Shown here in pieces: positions 59,874 through 64,000 of a stretch of 64,000 bases of DNA; position 1 is the stretch's first letter, and each line of letters begins with the position of its first letter. The DNA comes from Bacteroidales bacterium (lineage in GTDB: Bacteria; Bacteroidota; Bacteroidia; Bacteroidales; P3): NCBI GenBank assembly GCA_009785505.1, contig WQWA01000005.1:7994-71993 (forward strand). Direction: 5' to 3'. A program made the translations under genes and the position numbers. A model generated the notes under the pieces. The model was not told the DNA's origin and searched no databases. It saw only the letters and a program-made list of their open reading frames with translations.

Positions 59874-60863
59874 TTACTTTCCAACAATCACGTATGCCCT
59901 ACGGCTTCCGTGTGCCCAAAAATAGCCGATGGCATCTAAACCTCTGCCCATATTTCTGACATTTCCGCGAACATTTGCCGGAGCACCGCCAAACATGGGA
60001 TTTTGTCCGCCGTAGATATTTCGAAATTCTAAAATCCAACGGTAATGATCTGCTGAAATACTTCTAATTTCTAAGCCCAACGTGTCGCCGACATTGACTG
60101 TATCTCGACCGCCAAACTGTACATCTCGAAAAAATGCAATAGGCATACCATCAAGATTGATTGTATCTTGATCTATCATTGAATTGTCCAACAACAGAAG
60201 TCTCGTTAATGTGTCGTTCAATGCAACTCCGTTTAGATATGTAACAAATACGTAAAAAGATTCTATCCCTGGCGGATCATTTGCAAAAAGCAGTAGATTC
60301 CAGCCTGTCGGACGATTAACCGTATCAAACGGATCACCTCCGATAATTCCGGTAAAGAGCATATTTCGAGCGTGAATAGCATGCAAAGAATCAATTTGGT
60401 CGGCAATAAACGGAAAAAAAGCATCTGCTGAATATCTTGAATAACCGCCTATTTCTTCGTTGAGAAAAATATCCAAACGATAAGTGAACCCTTGTATTCC
60501 GAAAACATCCGGAGCGGTTTGATAATGACCGGGACTTGTTTCCGTCAAATGAAAAATTTCTCCTGTTTTTTGCATATTTCCGTCAAACTCCGTGATTGTA
60601 ACGGTTGCACCTTCAACATAAAGAGGTTCTTTTGGATCTTCGAAATAACTTGTCGTTCGTGAAAGTACGACCGTATGCACACCGGGTTCAATACCAATTC
60701 CGCCAAAAACCACCAAACGCACATCGCCGTCTCTTAACCTAATGTCGATTTCTTCGGTACAAGAAGGCAAAAGGTAAAGGGTCAAAGGCAAAAGGCAAAG
60801 AATTAGAAAAACCTTTGACCCTTGACCTTTAACCTTTGACCAGTCTATGTTGAAGTTTCTCAT
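59874..60863 (-). CDS. DUF4249-like lipoprotein (usual partner of the upstream TonB-dependent receptor)
   Basis: Lipobox LLPSC followed by TEEIDIRL...VRLVVFGGI. Lies 4 nt downstream of the receptor gene. Confidence 0.62.
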   Translation of the reverse strand: MRNFNIDWSKVKGQGSKVFLILCLLPLTLYLLPSCTEEIDIRLRDGDVRLVVFGGIGIEPGVHTVVLSRTTSYFEDPKEPLYVEGATVTITEFDGNMQKTGEIFHLTETSPGHYQTAPDVFGIQGFTYRLDIFLNEEIGGYSRYSADAFFPFIADQIDSLHAIHARNMLFTGIIGGDPFDTVNRPTGWNLLLFANDPPGIESFYVFVTYLNGVALNDTLTRLLLLDNSMIDQDTINLDGMPIAFFRDVQFGGRDTVNVGDTLGLEIRSISADHYRWILEFRNIYGGQNPMFGGAPANVRGNVRNMGRGLDAIGYFWAHGSRRAYVIVGK

Positions 60864-60867
60864 ATCG

Positions 60868-63246
60868 CTAAAAATTAAAGTTAAACGTGATTGACGGAAT
60901 TACTCCAAAAAGGTAGGTCATTTCTGCAAATCTACGGACACTGCCGGTGGGCTGTCTGTCTTCTCTGAAATTAATGACCCAAGCATTTTTTCGTCCGTAA
61001 GCGTTGAAAAGTCCAAAATTCCAATCCCAACTCCAACGGCGGGTCGGGTCGGGTCGGCTTCTCAAGGTATATGAAACATCTAAACGATGATAGTTCGGCA
61101 TTCGGTGTGCATTTCTAGCGCCGTAAACAGGGAGTGAAATTCCGTTTATAATCGCTCGTCCGGTCGGAAACGTTACAGCACTTCCGGTATAAAACACCCA
61201 AGTTGCAGAAAAGGAATGTCTTTCGGAAAGTTCGAAATTTGCAACAACCGAAAGATTATGTGTTCTATCAAACGGTGCTAAAAATGTTCGTCCATCGTTA
61301 ATTCCCGGAATGGTGCGTTCGGAGCGGGACAGCGTGTAGCTTATCCAACCGTTTAGTCTTCCGCCCGGTCGTTTAATCATGACCTCCATGCCGTATGCCC
61401 TACCCCGTCCTTGTCGAACTTCGCCATCCAAATGCGGGTTCATCATAAGATTGGCATGATCTTTGAAATCAATGGCGTTAAAAATATTTCGGTAATAAAA
61501 TTCGATTGAGGTTTCCAACTGATTATTTAGAAAATTCCGAAACAACCCGATTGCGTACATATCTGCTTCCTGCGGTCTGATGTTCGAATTTGTCGGAAAC
61601 CATAAATCTAACGGATTTCCTCCTGTCGAATTTTGTGCAAGCTGTAAATATTGTATCGTTCGCGAATAGTTTGCTTTGATAGAAGTTGCATCGTTGATTA
61701 CGAATGTTGCACCTATTCGAGGTTCGACACCAAAATTTGTGTGCCAGAATCTTCCTCTCGGATGAATAATACTATCAACAACAATAAAATTTTCATAACG
61801 ATATTCTATGCCGCCAACGTTTGAGAAGCTCGTCAAGCGAATGCCGTATTTCAACGAGAATCGACTTCCGATATTCTGGTCGTTTCCAATATAAATTGCG
61901 TTTGCCAAAGCAAAATTATCAGGCAAATTGATTTGAGCACCAACACCGCCACCGCCAAACCAGTTTAAATCAGCTCCACCCATTGCAAATTCTGCAAATC
62001 CGGGACGGTAGGTATGAAAAATACTTGAAAATCCGAAACGTATCGTATTTCTTGGATTTGGAATAAAGGTAAAATCCAACTTTCCACCCAAATCGCTCAA
62101 ACCGGAATTCCATATAAATCGTATACTGCCAACATCTCCGCCGGTTGTATAATTGTAGTTCGAATACACCATCGTCAAATTTGAAAACAATCTTGGCGAA
62201 AACAAATGATTCCAGCGTGCCGAAAGTATGGTGTTTCCGTAATCGAACTGCATAAAATTGTCTCCACGAGTTCCGAATACGTCCAATCCGTTGTATGCCG
62301 AAATAAACAAGCGATTTCGCTCATTAAATTGATGTGTAATTCTCGCATTTAAATCGTAAAAAAACAACCTCGTATTTCGTGCCATTGGATCGTTGGCAAG
62401 AGGTAAAAATATGTCAAAATATGTTCGACGTCCTGCCAGCATAAACGATGTTCGATCTCTGATAATCGGACCTTCGAGGGTTAGCCGGCTCGACAATAAC
62501 CCAATTCCGCCCGTTGCTTCAAATCTTCTCAAATTTCCATCTCTCTGTCTGATATTGAGCACCGACGACAAACGTCCGCCATACTGTACGGGAAAATCGC
62601 CTTTGAAAATTGCAACATCTTTGATTGCATCATTGTTGAATACCGAGAAAAATCCAAGTGCATGCGCGGGGTTGTAAACCACAGCGCCATCCAACAAAAT
62701 CAAATTCTGATCCGGTGCACCTCCTCGAACGCTGAATCCGGCTCCTCCTTCGCTTGTGGCCATCACACCGGGAAGCAGCTGTATGGCTTTAATTATATCA
62801 ACTTCGCCCAATAGAGCAGGAATTTGCCTAATCGTTTGGATATCCATTCGGACTACGCTCATTTCGTTCCTCGTGATTGCTCTATTGCCACGTTCTTCGG
62901 TAATAACAACTTCGGAAAGCATTGCAGATGCAGGGTGTAATTCCAGAGAAATTCTTATGTTTTGTGTTAGCGAAATTGTTCTTTCCTGCGTTTCGTACCC
63001 CATAAAAGAAAACATCACAGTGTAGTCTCCGGCAGGCAAAGTTATGGAGTAGAATCCATCGATATTTGTGACTACACCATTAATTCTACCATCGGCATCT
63101 CTAACCGAAACAGTTGCTCCGATAAGCGTTTCACCATTTGAGCCGTCTCTGATTGTTCCACTCAACGTAAAACTTCGTTGTGCAGAAATCGTAGAAAGCA
63201 GTCCGGTTGAGACGAGAAAACAAAATATAACAGTGCGGAAAAACAT
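60868..63246 (-). CDS. TonB-dependent receptor with CarboxypepD_reg-like domain
   Basis: Signal peptide MFFRTVIFCFLVSTGLLSTISA|Q, then RSFTLSGTIRDGSNGETLIGATV..., a plug domain, and a barrel ending ...ITFNFNF. Start re-set to 63246, 1 nt after the lpxA stop. Confidence 0.85.
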   Translation of the reverse strand: MFFRTVIFCFLVSTGLLSTISAQRSFTLSGTIRDGSNGETLIGATVSVRDADGRINGVVTNIDGFYSITLPAGDYTVMFSFMGYETQERTISLTQNIRISLELHPASAMLSEVVITEERGNRAITRNEMSVVRMDIQTIRQIPALLGEVDIIKAIQLLPGVMATSEGGAGFSVRGGAPDQNLILLDGAVVYNPAHALGFFSVFNNDAIKDVAIFKGDFPVQYGGRLSSVLNIRQRDGNLRRFEATGGIGLLSSRLTLEGPIIRDRTSFMLAGRRTYFDIFLPLANDPMARNTRLFFYDLNARITHQFNERNRLFISAYNGLDVFGTRGDNFMQFDYGNTILSARWNHLFSPRLFSNLTMVYSNYNYTTGGDVGSIRFIWNSGLSDLGGKLDFTFIPNPRNTIRFGFSSIFHTYRPGFAEFAMGGADLNWFGGGGVGAQINLPDNFALANAIYIGNDQNIGSRFSLKYGIRLTSFSNVGGIEYRYENFIVVDSIIHPRGRFWHTNFGVEPRIGATFVINDATSIKANYSRTIQYLQLAQNSTGGNPLDLWFPTNSNIRPQEADMYAIGLFRNFLNNQLETSIEFYYRNIFNAIDFKDHANLMMNPHLDGEVRQGRGRAYGMEVMIKRPGGRLNGWISYTLSRSERTIPGINDGRTFLAPFDRTHNLSVVANFELSERHSFSATWVFYTGSAVTFPTGRAIINGISLPVYGARNAHRMPNYHRLDVSYTLRSRPDPTRRWSWDWNFGLFNAYGRKNAWVINFREDRQPTGSVRRFAEMTYLFGVIPSITFNFNF

Positions 63247-63247
63247 T

Positions 63248-64000
63248 CTATTCCAATCCACGCATGATGCCAATCTGCGAGTTTCGTATAAACGACAGAA
63301 CTTCGTCACGTTCGGCAGTTTGCTGGATTTCTTTTTCAATCAATTCGAGTGCGCTGGTTACATTCAAATTTCGCAGGTAGATATAGCGATAAATGTTTTG
63401 AATGTGTTCGACTTGCTCGTTTGTAAATCCGCGTCGCTGTAGGCCTACGGAGTTAATACCCACGTATGAAATCGGTTCACGTCCCGCTTTTGTGAACGGC
63501 GGAATGTCTTTGCGAACTAATGCTCCACCTGCAACGTAGGTGTGTGAGCCAATGCGAATAAACTGTTGAACAGCGACAAATCCGTTCAGAATTGCCCAAT
63601 CGTCAACAATCACATGTCCTGAGAGTGATGCATTATTGGCAAGAATACAGTTGTTTCCGACAATTGAGTCGTGTCCGAGATGTGCATAAGCCATGATCAA
63701 GCAATTATCTCCAACGCGGGTTTCCCAGTTGGCTTGTGTTCCTCGATTGATAGTTACACACTCGCGAATGATTGTATTGTCGCCGATAACAGCGGTAGTT
63801 TCTTCTCCAACGAATTTCAAATCTTGCGGAACTCCCGAAATCACAGCTCCCGGAAATATCTTACAATTTTTTCCGATTCGAGCACCATCCATGATTACTG
63901 CATTAGGACCAATCCACGTTCCTTCGCCGATTTCAACATTTTTATGAACGGTCGCAAACGGCTCAATGACGACATTTTCTGCAATTTTTGCTTCCGGATG
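63248..64000 (-). CDS. lpxA: acyl-ACP--UDP-N-acetylglucosamine O-acyltransferase (5' end outside window)
   Basis: Hexapeptide repeats are open to the window edge (HPEAKIAENVVIEPFATVHKNVEIGEGTWIGPNAVIMDGARIG...). C-terminal helical domain ...GLQRRGF. Confidence 0.92.
   Translation of the reverse strand, partial: HPEAKIAENVVIEPFATVHKNVEIGEGTWIGPNAVIMDGARIGKNCKIFPGAVISGVPQDLKFVGEETTAVIGDNTIIRECVTINRGTQANWETRVGDNCLIMAYAHLGHDSIVGNNCILANNASLSGHVIVDDWAILNGFVAVQQFIRIGSHTYVAGGALVRKDIPPFTKAGREPISYVGINSVGLQRRGFTNEQVEHIQNIYRYIYLRNLNVTSALELIEKEIQQTAERDEVLSFIRNSQIGIMRGLE

Noticed and set aside
61041-61055. (GGGTC)x3 microsatellite
   Set aside because: It has only three units, lies inside the TonB-receptor CDS (encoding ...PDPTR...), and is in-frame. 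A role in phase variation is unlikely.

Overview
This 64-kb window looks like an ordinary chromosomal segment from a Bacteroidota genome, about 62 protein genes plus one tRNA-Leu(CAA). Four things point to that phylum. Almost every transcription unit is preceded by T-run + GTATCTTTGCAA, which contains the Bacteroides-type -7 box TAnnTTTG. There are no Shine-Dalgarno sequences. The window has four TonB-dependent receptors (one with a DUF4249-like partner), a cargo protein with a T9SS C-terminal sorting domain, and a DUF5103-like protein. Many signal peptides are followed by Gln.

Most genes are housekeeping: rfbA, rfbB, ung, aroQ, a CCA-adding enzyme, an S46 peptidase, manC, ftsZ, def, cinA, folA, a pseudouridine synthase, panB, rpsU, holB and lpxA. 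The one clearly accessory region is an AT-rich glycan-biosynthesis block at about 7.3-19.2 kb. It holds an O-antigen-ligase-like gene, a PAP2 phosphatase, four GT32-like (Caps_synth-like) paralogues, a UDP-GlcA-epimerase-like gene, an in-frame GT2-GT2 fusion, further glycosyltransferases and an LpxL-like acyltransferase.

I found no transposase, integrase, reverse transcriptase, phage module, CRISPR array, rRNA or recognisable defence or toxin-antitoxin genes. I therefore cannot point to a clear-cut novel system. The best candidates for undescribed biology are:
- a Cys/His-rich membrane protein + TonB receptor + periplasmic HMA protein operon (21.9-25.3 kb)
- palindromic bidirectional promoter modules, where the same 12 nt may serve as the -7 box of one promoter and the -33 box of the other
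- an unlisted 43-aa lipoprotein ORF coupled (TAATG) to an outer-membrane protein
- a T9SS cargo + beta-barrel + GATase1-like + folA gene string
- a membrane-anchored PQQ-propeller + TonB receptor pair
- arginase-fold and MGMT-fold proteins whose catalytic residues appear to be substituted
- several families of GC-rich palindromic intergenic elements

All functional calls rest on motif and family recognition by eye. No database search was possible.
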